DNA from: a virus
Lineage: Duplodnaviria > Heunggongvirae > Uroviricota > Caudoviricetes
Strand: one strand, 5' to 3'
IMG/VR virus record: IMGVR_UViG_2545824644_000014
DNA length: 22,055 nucleotides
How positions within the stretch are numbered: position 1 is the first letter of the stretch; the number at the start of each line of letters is the position of its first letter. The position numbers were made by a program, and so were the translations under genes. Below are positions 6,275 to 15,248 of this stretch, one piece after another. Below the pieces are notes generated by a model. The model ran no database searches. It saw only the letters and a list, made by a program, of their open reading frames with translations, and was not told the origin of the DNA.

Positions 6275-9097
6275 ATGACGGCAGAGTACATCAGGGACTG
6301 GCAACAACCGCGCCACGCAGTGGGGCGTGAAGGAACGGGGATCCCCGCTCCTGAATCCGCGCTTTCCTCCTGGCTGGATGCCTACCGGGTAGAGAACGAG
6401 CGCCGCCAGGAAATGGCTGATGCGGCGTTCTCCGCCACGCCGCTGGGCAACCTGATTAATAAAAGCCTGGACGCACAGGAAAAACAGGACAAAACCATCA
6501 CACTGGCAGGAGACGCCAGAAAACAGGCACGCGGCGCGGTGGATGAAGCCATGGCCTCGCTGCGCCTGCTGCCGTCCTATCTGCGCGATCCGCTTATTCG
6601 CCACCTCTCCTTCCTGCGCAAAAAACAGGAAGCCGATCGCCGGAAAGGCAAAAAGAGCTGGCAGGCGGAACGCTATGCACACGGAACCCTGCGCAAAATA
6701 TTCGAACGTCTGGATAGCACTGACGGACGCTGGCTGACACCGGGTTATCGCTCCCTTGCCGGACGCGAACACCTGGACGATTTGCTTTACCTGCCGCAGC
6801 TCAACAAACACCAGATACAGACGCTGGCCACCATGACGGCGGCGATGTTCAGCAGCACCTTCGAAAAACTCTGCGATGGCTTTGGCGCGACCGATGGCGA
6901 GCTGACCATGGATGTAACCCTGAAGGCGTATCAGATGCTGGCCCGCATGGCGTTACACCTGCACGCCATGCCTCCACATTATGACGCACTGACAACAGAC
7001 AAAGACCGGAGGAACGAACCGGACACGGAGCTGCTGCCGGGCGCAATCCTTCGCCTGACCTGTGCGGAATGGTGGAAACGCAAACTGTGGCTGTTACGTT
7101 GCGAGTGGAGAGAAGAACAACTCCGCGCCGCCTGTCTGGTTTCCAGAAAAACATCACCCTATCTGAGCCAGGACGCGTTAAGCGAGTTTCGCGCACAGCG
7201 CGAGAAAACACGCGATTTCCTGAAAAGTTTCATGCTGGAAAATGAAGACGGGTTCACGATTGATCTCGAGACAGTGTATTACGCGGGAGTAAGTAACCCG
7301 GTTCACCGTAAGGCAGAAATGATGGCCACCATGAAGGGACTGGAACTTCTGGCCGAAGCCCGTGGCGACAAAGCGGTGTTTCTGACTGTCACCTGCCCGT
7401 CAAAATACCACGCCACAACGGAGAACGGTCATCCGAATCCCAAATGGAACGGGGCCACAATGCGCGACTCCAGCGATTACCTGGTTAACACGTTTTTTGC
7501 GGCGGTCCGCAAAAAACTGAACCGCGACGGCCTGCGCTGGTATGGCATCCGCACGGTGGAGCCTCATCATGACGGCACCGTGCACTGGCATATGATGGTC
7601 TTTGCACATCCGGAAGAAATCGACACCATTGTGTCCCATACCCGCGATATTGCCATTCAGGAAGACCGCCACGAGCTGGGCGATGACATAACTCCGCGTT
7701 TTAAGGCGGAGTACGTCGACGGCTCAAAAGGCACGCCAACCAGCTACATCGCCACCTACATCGGAAAGAACCTGGACAGCCGCGCCGTGGATGGCATCGA
7801 CCCGAAAACGGGCAAGCCACGCGTGGACCACGAAACCGGAAAATCAATGGCCGAGAGCGTGGAGCGCGCCATCGGCTGGGCGCGCCTTCACCGGGTCCGT
7901 CAGTTCCAGTTCTTTGGCATCCCCTCCCGTCAGGTATGGCGTGAACTGCGCCGCCTTGCCAGCCAGATGGCACGCAATCCGGAAGGCCCGCAACGGCTGA
8001 AAGATGATGCAATGGATGCGGTACTCGCTGCCGCCGATGCCGGGTGTTTTGCCACCTACATTAAAAAACAGGGTGGCGTGCTTGTTCCACGCAAGGACTA
8101 CCTGATTCGCACCGCCTACGACCTCGCAGATGAGCTGAACGATTACGGCGAACAGAGCGTACAGATTTACGGGATCTGGTCACCACTCATCGGGGAATCC
8201 TCCCGTGTGTGCACGCATCCGGATAACTGGAAGCTGGTAAGACGTAAACCGGAAGCGGAAGACAGCGCCCGCGAAAATGGTTTTGACCTTCAGGGCGGCC
8301 CTGCCGCCCCTTGGACTCGTGGCAATAACTGTCCCCGTGTACAGGAAACGGACAACAACGGGACAGAACAGCCGGAAGAACGGCCAGCACCGTGGCCGCA
8401 GCTCCCTGACGGCGTTGAAGTGAACGAATGGATGCGCTCACTGAAACGGCACGAACGCCGGGCGCTGATGCGTTCGCTTCGTGACAAACAGGCAAAAAAC
8501 AGCAGTGATGAAATGCAGAGCTGGACACAGAGCCGCAAACAGCAGCGGCCTTTGCCTGATAACCACGAATTACTCGCTAAAGAATGGCGGGAGTCTGCTG
8601 AATCTCTCGGCCTGCATATCGGTGAACAACAGATGCAGTACCTGTTACGGGGCGGCAGTCTGTACGTTGACGGCAGCATCATTGCACCGCAGGGATTTGA
8701 AATTGTACGCAAACCGGATACCCGCCCGGACAGCCGAATCACGCAGCTCTGGCAGCGCCTGAGCCGTAATCATGGCGTAAGCAGCACAGAGATCCGCCAT
8801 AACCCGGTCGCCAGCTATCTGGAACAACTGGGGGCATCAGACCCCGAAGCCGCCGCACGTCTGGCATCCACACTTCAGCAGGACCAGAACACCATGAAAA
8901 CACCCGTTACCGTGCTTTCTGACATGCTGCGCGCCATCCGCGACGCAGAGCACGCACAGAGAATCAGTGAAACCACTGAACGCGCCCACCGCAAAGCAGA
9001 CCTGCTGCGGGGTAGCCTGACCAGTGGAAACAAAAAACAGACAGAAACGGGACTCACGAATCCCGTAAATGAGCAAAAAACGCTCAGCGATATATGA
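6275..9097 (+). CDS. A: Phage replication initiation endonuclease (P2 gpA-like rolling-circle Rep), 940 aa
   Basis: HUH-type metal motif VHWHMMVF (codons near 7566-7589). Paired catalytic tyrosines in SYIATYIGK (TAC codons at 7745-7747 and 7757-7759), as in the Y-x3-Y motif of phiX174/P2 A-type initiators. Position is between early genes and the variable locus. Confidence 0.9.
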   Translation: MTAEYIRDWQQPRHAVGREGTGIPAPESALSSWLDAYRVENERRQEMADAAFSATPLGNLINKSLDAQEKQDKTITLAGDARKQARGAVDEAMASLRLLPSYLRDPLIRHLSFLRKKQEADRRKGKKSWQAERYAHGTLRKIFERLDSTDGRWLTPGYRSLAGREHLDDLLYLPQLNKHQIQTLATMTAAMFSSTFEKLCDGFGATDGELTMDVTLKAYQMLARMALHLHAMPPHYDALTTDKDRRNEPDTELLPGAILRLTCAEWWKRKLWLLRCEWREEQLRAACLVSRKTSPYLSQDALSEFRAQREKTRDFLKSFMLENEDGFTIDLETVYYAGVSNPVHRKAEMMATMKGLELLAEARGDKAVFLTVTCPSKYHATTENGHPNPKWNGATMRDSSDYLVNTFFAAVRKKLNRDGLRWYGIRTVEPHHDGTVHWHMMVFAHPEEIDTIVSHTRDIAIQEDRHELGDDITPRFKAEYVDGSKGTPTSYIATYIGKNLDSRAVDGIDPKTGKPRVDHETGKSMAESVERAIGWARLHRVRQFQFFGIPSRQVWRELRRLASQMARNPEGPQRLKDDAMDAVLAAADAGCFATYIKKQGGVLVPRKDYLIRTAYDLADELNDYGEQSVQIYGIWSPLIGESSRVCTHPDNWKLVRRKPEAEDSARENGFDLQGGPAAPWTRGNNCPRVQETDNNGTEQPEERPAPWPQLPDGVEVNEWMRSLKRHERRALMRSLRDKQAKNSSDEMQSWTQSRKQQRPLPDNHELLAKEWRESAESLGLHIGEQQMQYLLRGGSLYVDGSIIAPQGFEIVRKPDTRPDSRITQLWQRLSRNHGVSSTEIRHNPVASYLEQLGASDPEAAARLASTLQQDQNTMKTPVTVLSDMLRAIRDAEHAQRISETTERAHRKADLLRGSLTSGNKKQTETGLTNPVNEQKTLSDI

Positions 9098-9142
9098 AGC
9101 GCGCACAAAACAGGCAAAAACGGGATTTCAGAATCCCGTAAA
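9034..9142. repeat. Two roughly 36-bp direct repeats, each with a palindrome ACGGGA..TCCCGT; candidate parC-like centromere/operator
   Basis: Repeat 1 at 9034-9069 (palindrome 9047-9066) and repeat 2 at 9107-9142 (arms ACGGGATT/AATCCCGT at 9120-9139). Repeat 1 lies inside the 3' end of A, repeat 2 just upstream of the parM-like gene. Confidence 0.4.
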
Positions 9143-9173
9143 CGATTAATTAATCAACATAAGGAAAAGCGAC

Positions 9174-10133
9174 ATGAAAATTTGTATCGACGACGGCTCC
9201 ACCAACATCAAGCTGGCATGGACTGAGAACGGCGAACGCCGCAACGCCATCAGCCCGAACAGCTTCAAGTCTGAATGGTCTGCGCCGTTCGGTGGCACGC
9301 AGCCCGCGAACTACATGCTTGATGGCGTGCGCTATGGTTTTGATCCGGTCAGCGATCGCTTTGTCCAGACGACCGACACGCAATACCAGTACAGCGATGT
9401 GAATGTCATTGCCATTCATCACGCGCTGGTCAAATCAGGCATCACGCCACAGGAGGTGGATGTGGTTGTCACCCTGCCACTGAGCGAGTATTTCGACACA
9501 AACGCACAGCCGGACATGGCCAACATCAACCGCAAAAAAGCGAACGTTATGCGCCCGGTGGAGTACCAGAACGGCGAAGCATTCACTATCCGTAACGTGC
9601 GGGTTATGCCTGAATCCATTCCGGCTGGCTTTAAGGCACTGGCTGACATGAGTCCTTTTGAATCCCTGCTGATTGTGGATTTGGGCGGAACCACGCTGGA
9701 TGTGGCAAAGGTTCAGGGGCAACTGGCAGGTATCAGCCAGGTGTTTTGCGATCCACACGTAGGCGTTTCTCTGATGGCCGATGCCGTACTGTCGGTGATG
9801 GCCACTAACGGTATGCGCACCAGTCACCACATCGCCAATACCATTATCGAACATCGCCATGATGAAGCCTGGCTGCGCCAGCACATCCACAATGACGCGC
9901 ATTACGCCAGCCTGATGGCGGTTATTCGTGAAAAGGAAGAAACACTGAAACAACGCGTGATCCGCGCGCTGGCGGTTTTTTCGGGTTACGGGCGGGTGAT
10001 GGTTGTCGGTGGAGGGGCGGAGATTGTGGCACCCGCTATCCGCGAAGCCTGCGGAGTTAATGCGACTTTCATCGCGGACGGGGTGCCACAGTTTGCTCTG
10101 GTTAATGGGCTGTACGCAATGGACAAGGAGTAA
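9174..10133 (+). CDS. parM: Actin-like ATPase of the ParM/StbA family (type II partition NTPase homologue), 319 aa
   Basis: N-terminus MKICIDDGSTNIKLAW closely matches R1 ParM as recalled (MLVFIDDGSTNIKLQW). Other recalled blocks also align: YSDVNV..HHAL, MPESIPAG, DLGGTTLD, GVSL, VGGGAE, LVNG. Confidence 0.85.
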   Translation: MKICIDDGSTNIKLAWTENGERRNAISPNSFKSEWSAPFGGTQPANYMLDGVRYGFDPVSDRFVQTTDTQYQYSDVNVIAIHHALVKSGITPQEVDVVVTLPLSEYFDTNAQPDMANINRKKANVMRPVEYQNGEAFTIRNVRVMPESIPAGFKALADMSPFESLLIVDLGGTTLDVAKVQGQLAGISQVFCDPHVGVSLMADAVLSVMATNGMRTSHHIANTIIEHRHDEAWLRQHIHNDAHYASLMAVIREKEETLKQRVIRALAVFSGYGRVMVVGGGAEIVAPAIREACGVNATFIADGVPQFALVNGLYAMDKE

Positions 10134-10137
10134 ACCA

Positions 10138-10446
10138 ATGACGACACCAACCAGACGGATAAGTTTCTATCTGAAGCCCGCCGCCGTCAAGAACGAAGGC
10201 GAAGCATGCGCCTGGCTGGACAGCCTTACACCAGAAGCCCGCAAAAGCGGCCAACGCGTGGCTTTTCTGGCCGGGCTGGCACTTCTGAAAATGAATCCGG
10301 CAGAGGCTTACCGACTGGCTGCATGGGCTGACGATGAGTTGGCCGTGGTACAAAACAGAGTAGAACAGAACGCGCCACAACCAGTACCAACCACACAGAT
10401 AACCAGCCAGATGGCCGGGAATATCCGGGCGTTATTTCCCGAATAA
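10138..10446 (+). CDS. parR: ParR/StbB-like centromere-binding adaptor, 103 aa
   Basis: Starts 4 nt after the parM stop with RBS AGGAG. N-terminal RRISFYLKP...AFLAGLALL and the C-terminal IRALFPE parallel R1 ParR as recalled (RTIAFKLNP...LTAGLAL...LRSLFPKE). Confidence 0.65.
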   Translation: MTTPTRRISFYLKPAAVKNEGEACAWLDSLTPEARKSGQRVAFLAGLALLKMNPAEAYRLAAWADDELAVVQNRVEQNAPQPVPTTQITSQMAGNIRALFPE

Positions 10447-10448
10447 CA

Positions 10449-10480
10449 CAACATCAGGGCGCATCCGCCCTGATGACTTT
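10449..10480 (+). terminator. Hairpin after parR; weak terminator or operator
   Basis: ATCAGGGCG-CATC-CGCCCTGAT, a 9-bp perfect stem directly after the parR stop. The following T-tract is weak. Confidence 0.3.
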
Positions 10481-10544
10481 AATCCGGGAACATAAACAAG
10501 GGGGACACAATGCAACACATTGACAGAGAAAAAGGAAAAAAAGC

Positions 10545-10952
10545 ATGAACAGAAAACAGAAACAAGAGTTGAAATACTTCTTACGTAAAGAAATTGCCAG
10601 GCTTGAAGATGCAGAGTCACAATCATCAGAAATTCCGTTCGGAATGGATATCAACGACGCCCGTATGCTTCAGGCATACCGTATAGCTCAGGCTGCACTA
10701 CAGACAAAACCGTTAAATAACATACATGAAAAGTATGATTATTTTACGGATACCGCTTGCTTGCTGACATCTGAAGAACAAAAGATAGCCCAACTTTTAG
10801 GCGACGCATGGAACCTGTATTTAACATTGCCAGTTGAGCATCCAATGGGTAGAGATGAATTTTGCCGGGCAATTCATCATTGCCAAAATATGGTGTTGGC
10901 ACGCCCGGCCATCAGGGCGTTGGCCAGGAAGGGGCAAGGCTATAAAAGATAA
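10545..10952 (+). CDS. Orphan hypothetical protein, 135 aa, in the variable locus
   Basis: Own RBS (AAAGGA), AT-rich 5' half, and its own intrinsic terminator. No family recognised. Confidence 0.55.
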   Translation: MNRKQKQELKYFLRKEIARLEDAESQSSEIPFGMDINDARMLQAYRIAQAALQTKPLNNIHEKYDYFTDTACLLTSEEQKIAQLLGDAWNLYLTLPVEHPMGRDEFCRAIHHCQNMVLARPAIRALARKGQGYKR

Positions 10953-10955
10953 GTA

Positions 10956-10983
10956 AAACGCCCTCCTCCAGGGCGTTTATTTC
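10956..10983 (+). terminator. Rho-independent terminator
   Basis: AAACGCCCT-CCTCC-AGGGCGTTT, a 9-bp stem, followed by ATTTC. Confidence 0.6.
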
Positions 10984-10985
10984 AA

Positions 10986-11012
10986 TGCACAATAGTGCAC
11001 AAATTTGCACAA
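10986..11012. repeat. Three direct TGCACAA repeats at 10-bp spacing, followed by a T-tract
   Basis: TGCACAA at 10986-10992, 10996-11002 and 11006-11012. The helical spacing suggests a protein-binding array. Confidence 0.4.
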
Positions 11013-11436
11013 TTTTTTTGAACGACTTTTTGCCCTTCCGGCCCGCGTGGCGGCTGGATCCGTCAGGGAACCGTGCGTGCACAAAAAAACGCGCTTTTTC
11101 TGCGCACAGGTGACGGGGGAACAGCCCGCGTTTCAGGGGGTAAATAGCATCCCCTGAACGATGTCGCAGCGACACAACAGAATGGCTGTATTTCTCACGC
11201 TGAGCGTGAAAAAGACGTGAGGGCTTTTGATTTGATGGGGTGGCAGATAAGGCCGTCAAAATCGCACTGAGGCGGCGAGAACATGCAGTCAGCGCGATGG
11301 GATTGCGTAAGAGCCTGACCGTCGATGATGGCAATAAGCTGGAAGGCGTCGTGAAATTATCTGATTGATACAGGAGCTGGAGAGTCGGGGCATAAATTTT
11401 TTATGCCCCGGCGAAGCAGCAGACAAGCGAAGCGCG

Positions 11437-12483
11437 TCAGGATGTGGGCTGGGTGTCTAACAGTGCGTAAGGGTTAAAGCGGATCACCTCTTCGCCAAGC
11501 CAGTCATTGATGTGCTTCATGGCCTCCATGACGGGCATCAGCTCGTTAATTGCGTAAACCCGCGCGGCCTTCTCCACATCACCAAACGCACTTTTTTCGC
11601 CCGGCATCGCCCCCATCAGTTGCGGCGGAACGCGGTGCGCAGCCAGCACATCATCACGGGATGCCGCCTTAACATTCATGAACTCATCTTTTGCGGTGAT
11701 CTGCTGGAACGGCAAAATTTGCACCCCCTCTTTGCCCCCGTTGGGCGCATGAATGAGCACGTTTTTAAACGCACCACCACCACGTGCCCCCTGTAGCGTT
11801 TCTTTCAGGGAGTCCATGCTTTCGCGGTTTACCTGCGCTGCACCGATGTAGATGATGCACCCGGCGTGGGATCCGTTGTCGTAGTACAGTTTTCTGAACA
11901 TGTCCGCCGAATGAGAAAGGCTGGCCGAGAGTAATGCGCCAAGATATTCCGGCATGCCGTAGATTTCCTGGTTAATATCCGGATTCATCAGGTGGCACAC
12001 TTTGCCAGGGCGAAACTGGAACGCGTCCTTGCCATCCTGCACATACCACCATGATTCAAGATCGCTTCCGCGTCGCATGTATTTCGCCAGGGCGTGCCGT
12101 AATTTAAGCGGTTCGCCGAGCATATTGCTTCGAAGCTCAAGGAATGCGTTACCGAACACAAACCAGTCCAGCGCCAGCGCCGAGAAATCCTGCCGGGAAA
12201 GCAGCGGGTGCGGGATGTAGCAACCGAGTAATACATTGCGCTTAAAGTAAAGCGCAGACTGATGCCAGGACGTTTGCCGGGCAGCTCTTGCCAGGCCGTA
12301 CCAGTCCACCGGGGTTTCATACCACCGCCCGTTATCAGCACAGTACATATTATCCAGCAGGTCATGCCCGGTCAGGCGATAAGGCCCATCAAATGTGAAT
12401 GCACTGAGCGACGATTCTTTCCTCAGCGCATCAGCGAGATCAATGCGTGAACTCATGCGCACTTTTTTATTTTTTCTGCTCAT
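11437..12483 (-). CDS. Q: Portal protein (P2 gpQ-like), 348 aa
   Basis: Size, orientation and position right after the non-coding cos-containing region, with its start overlapping the stop of the terminase ATPase gene. Confidence 0.85.
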   Translation of the reverse strand: MSRKNKKVRMSSRIDLADALRKESSLSAFTFDGPYRLTGHDLLDNMYCADNGRWYETPVDWYGLARAARQTSWHQSALYFKRNVLLGCYIPHPLLSRQDFSALALDWFVFGNAFLELRSNMLGEPLKLRHALAKYMRRGSDLESWWYVQDGKDAFQFRPGKVCHLMNPDINQEIYGMPEYLGALLSASLSHSADMFRKLYYDNGSHAGCIIYIGAAQVNRESMDSLKETLQGARGGGAFKNVLIHAPNGGKEGVQILPFQQITAKDEFMNVKAASRDDVLAAHRVPPQLMGAMPGEKSAFGDVEKAARVYAINELMPVMEAMKHINDWLGEEVIRFNPYALLDTQPTS

Positions 12484-14234
12484 CAGAACTCCATAACCGT
12501 GAAACGCTCGTTTTCTCCTTCGCCGCCAATCGGTTCGTTAATGACAGCAAGCATGGTTGCCCACGCAAGGTCGCCGTGGCTGATCCCCCTCGCGCGGTCC
12601 GTTTCGTAAGTGATAAAGCCGCCCGGTGTTTTCACCTTACGCACGGCGTTAAAGGCTGCGACCAGCTCGCGTTCGGCGCGATCGTATTCCCACCGCCCGG
12701 CGCGCATTATTTGCAGCATTTTCAGTACCAGCGACCGTTTTGATGACAGCGTGAAGGTGTACGGAATAGCTGCAGGGAAAAACCGTTTCACTATCTGATA
12801 AACAGCCTCCCCGTTCCCGCCCGTCACATCAATGCCGATGTGTTCCACGTTGTAGCGACACGTGAACTCTTCAATGACTCTGGCCTGTTCTTCAAACTCC
12901 AGCCCCTGAACGCGTCGCGTCTCCACCGTTCGAAAACGGCCACCAGGAACAGCCGGAGGAACCACCACGGACACAGCGCCGCTGTCGCCGTTGCCACTGC
13001 TGCCGTTTGCGTCATACCCAATCCATACCGGACGATTCCCCATCGGGCGGGGAGCAAAAGGTTTCCAGTCTTTCCAGTCGTCGTATCCGTCAACACCACA
13101 GCCAATCAGGATATTCAGGTTAAATGCCGATTCCCCTTCGCGGACAAACTCACACATATAGAGATTGAGGAACTCGTCTTCGGTGTTTTCATCACGAATT
13201 TCATCAATATCGGTGTGTTTCCAGCCGTGATTAACCACATCTTCCAGCGTGACAATTTGCCGCCACGTCCGGTCAGGGCAGATAAGCCCGTTATGCAGCG
13301 TTTTCCAGTCCACAGAAAAACGCTGGCGTTTATGCGTGGCCTTTTTCTCGTTCCAGCGGTCGCCGTTCCAGTAGGCGTATGCCTCGTGCGTTTCGGTGGA
13401 TGGCGTGGAGAAGTAGGTGCGCCGCAGTCCGCTGAGGGTTGCCATAGCGCCAGCCACCTTGCGCAGTTCAGCAAAGCGACTGACCCAGAAGAATTCATCA
13501 AAATAAAAATTGCCCGTATAGGACTGTGCCGACGCAGCAGAAGTGCCGAGAAAATGCAGCTCTGCGCCGTTGGAGAGGATGATTTTATCGCCCCCTTTCA
13601 GCTCCACATCAACTTCAGCCGCGGCCTTCTGAATAATGCTTTTAAACTGGAACGCCTGACGACGCGACGCAGACAAAAAAATCTGGTTACGCTGGTAAGG
13701 TTGCGCCACATCGTCACGCAGCGCCATCAGCAGAGCTTCCTGTGCAAAATACCAGGTCGCCCCAATCTGTCGGGATTTCAGGATCATCCTGTTACGTATC
13801 CCGGCTTCCCTGCAAAGGGTCAGGGAGTCAAACCAGCCCCGCTGATGCCACTCCAGCCTGCTGATGATTTTTTCCCGCAGTGCGGCAATCTGTTCCGGCG
13901 TGAAATGATTTTTGAGTTTTTTCGCCCGGCCTTTCTTTCCTGCGGCCATCACATCCGGCTGGCCATCATGCAGCTTTTTAAGCTGCCGGGTCAGCAGGTC
14001 TATTTCCTTAAAGTCACCGCCTGTTTTATTCTGTTTTTCAGTAAGCTGGATGAGGCGCGCATCGATGGACTGCGTGACACGCTGCACAGGTGGCGTTTCA
14101 TCCCACTGGTCGCGTTTTTTCCACGCATAAATCGTGTTCGGGTTTATTCCCATCAGACGTGATATTTCTGCGGGCGGATAACCCTGCCAGTAAAGTTGCC
14201 GCGCACGCTGGCGCACAAAAGCGTCCTGAATCAT
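12483..14234 (-). CDS. P: Terminase large (ATPase) subunit, P2 gpP-like, 583 aa
   Basis: Large ORF with an N-terminal HTH-like segment (YPPAEISRLMGINPNTIYAWKKR), as in P2-type terminase ATPases. Paired with Q and divergent from the O-N-M-L operon. Confidence 0.85.
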   Translation of the reverse strand: MIQDAFVRQRARQLYWQGYPPAEISRLMGINPNTIYAWKKRDQWDETPPVQRVTQSIDARLIQLTEKQNKTGGDFKEIDLLTRQLKKLHDGQPDVMAAGKKGRAKKLKNHFTPEQIAALREKIISRLEWHQRGWFDSLTLCREAGIRNRMILKSRQIGATWYFAQEALLMALRDDVAQPYQRNQIFLSASRRQAFQFKSIIQKAAAEVDVELKGGDKIILSNGAELHFLGTSAASAQSYTGNFYFDEFFWVSRFAELRKVAGAMATLSGLRRTYFSTPSTETHEAYAYWNGDRWNEKKATHKRQRFSVDWKTLHNGLICPDRTWRQIVTLEDVVNHGWKHTDIDEIRDENTEDEFLNLYMCEFVREGESAFNLNILIGCGVDGYDDWKDWKPFAPRPMGNRPVWIGYDANGSSGNGDSGAVSVVVPPAVPGGRFRTVETRRVQGLEFEEQARVIEEFTCRYNVEHIGIDVTGGNGEAVYQIVKRFFPAAIPYTFTLSSKRSLVLKMLQIMRAGRWEYDRAERELVAAFNAVRKVKTPGGFITYETDRARGISHGDLAWATMLAVINEPIGGEGENERFTVMEF

Positions 14235-14388
14235 TGCTCCCCCTGAGTAATTACAGGAAGATTACCCGCGCGCGAAACTGTTCTCCTTAACCCCCTGTTC
14301 TGGCCGTTTTCTTACAACTAAAGCCCTTTGTATCAGCCTGTTACGCTTTGCCATCATGACTGAAGAACCAGTCAGAGGGGCAAAAACT

Positions 14389-15225
14389 ATGGCTAATGAA
14401 AAAAAGACATCCCGCAAAAAGTTTCGCGTGGCTGTCTCCGGATCAACTGTTGATGGCCGTGAAATCAGTCCGGTGCATCTGCGTGAAGCCGCCGAGAACT
14501 TCAACCCGGATGTTTACGCTGCCCGCGTGAACGTTGAGCACTATCTCTCGCCATGCCCGTCAAGCGAATTTTCCGCAATGGGCGATGTCACCGCACTGAG
14601 TACGGAAGACATTACGGAAGGTCCGCTGGCCGGACGTACTGCGCTGTATGCAGAAATCGAACCGACCGAGCGCATGAAGCAGCTTGTCGCGGACGGCAAG
14701 AAAATCTATTCCAGTATCGAACTGCACCCGCAGTTCTCCGTTAACGGGCGCGCCTATCTGGTCGGGCTGGCGATGACCGACACCCCGGCAAGCCTGGGCA
14801 CTGAGCGCCTGAAATTCACGGCACAGCAACGTCAGGCGGTGATGACGTTCAACAGTGTCCAGGGTGAAGCGCCGCTTATCTCCGAAGCCATCGAGTCTGA
14901 AATCATCGAAATGGCAGAACAACGCCAGGAAGAAGGCACCCAGTGGTTTAACCGCGTAATGGGGATTATTAGCCGTGGCCGCAAAGCGGATGACGCCAGT
15001 TTTTCCCGTATTCAGGAAGCGGTGGAGGGCGTCGCAACGTCACAGGCCGACATTATCGACCGTTTTAATGTGCTGGAAACCCGCCATCAGCAGGACCGCC
15101 AGAAAATCACGTCACTGACCACAGAGCTGGCAGCACTGAAGGAAAAACTGCGCACGCAGGACGGCGATCCGCAGAACCGGTTCACCGCAACGGGCGCAGC
15201 CTCCGACCAGCTGGCTGACTTCTGA
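14389..15225 (+). CDS. O: Capsid scaffolding protein (P2 gpO-like)
   Basis: Start taken at the ATG at 14389, preceded by RBS AGAGGGG; the track start at 14356 is in frame but lacks an RBS. Coiled-coil-like C-terminus. Lies immediately upstream of the major capsid gene. Confidence 0.8.
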   Translation: MANEKKTSRKKFRVAVSGSTVDGREISPVHLREAAENFNPDVYAARVNVEHYLSPCPSSEFSAMGDVTALSTEDITEGPLAGRTALYAEIEPTERMKQLVADGKKIYSSIELHPQFSVNGRAYLVGLAMTDTPASLGTERLKFTAQQRQAVMTFNSVQGEAPLISEAIESEIIEMAEQRQEEGTQWFNRVMGIISRGRKADDASFSRIQEAVEGVATSQADIIDRFNVLETRHQQDRQKITSLTTELAALKEKLRTQDGDPQNRFTATGAASDQLADF

Positions 15226-15248
15226 TAAGACAAAGGAGCAAATTTTTT

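Noticed and set aside
5738-6811. 357-aa ORF on the minus strand
   Set aside because: It lies antisense to the 5' part of replication gene A and the upstream small genes. It has no RBS and a low-complexity, Arg/Cys-rich composition typical of shadow ORFs opposite GC-rich coding DNA.
9098-10980. tin/old-type defence genes expected at this P2 locus
   Set aside because: No large Old-like ATPase/nuclease or Tin-like ORF is present. The locus instead holds the parM/parR-like pair and one orphan gene.
10912-11334. 140-aa minus-strand ORF in the cos-proximal region
   Set aside because: It spans a terminator, the TGCACAA repeats and hairpins, and has no RBS. It is more likely non-coding DNA holding packaging or regulatory sites.
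11040-11436. Exact cos cohesive-end sequence
   Set aside because: Partial resemblances to P2/186 cos as I recall it (for example around 11045-11060 and 11271-11290) are too weak to assign nick sites. Only the approximate location by synteny is reported.
12840-14162. 440-aa ORF on the plus strand
   Set aside because: It is entirely antisense to the terminase ATPase gene P, which has the coherent protein-like translation and fits the synteny. This is a shadow ORF.
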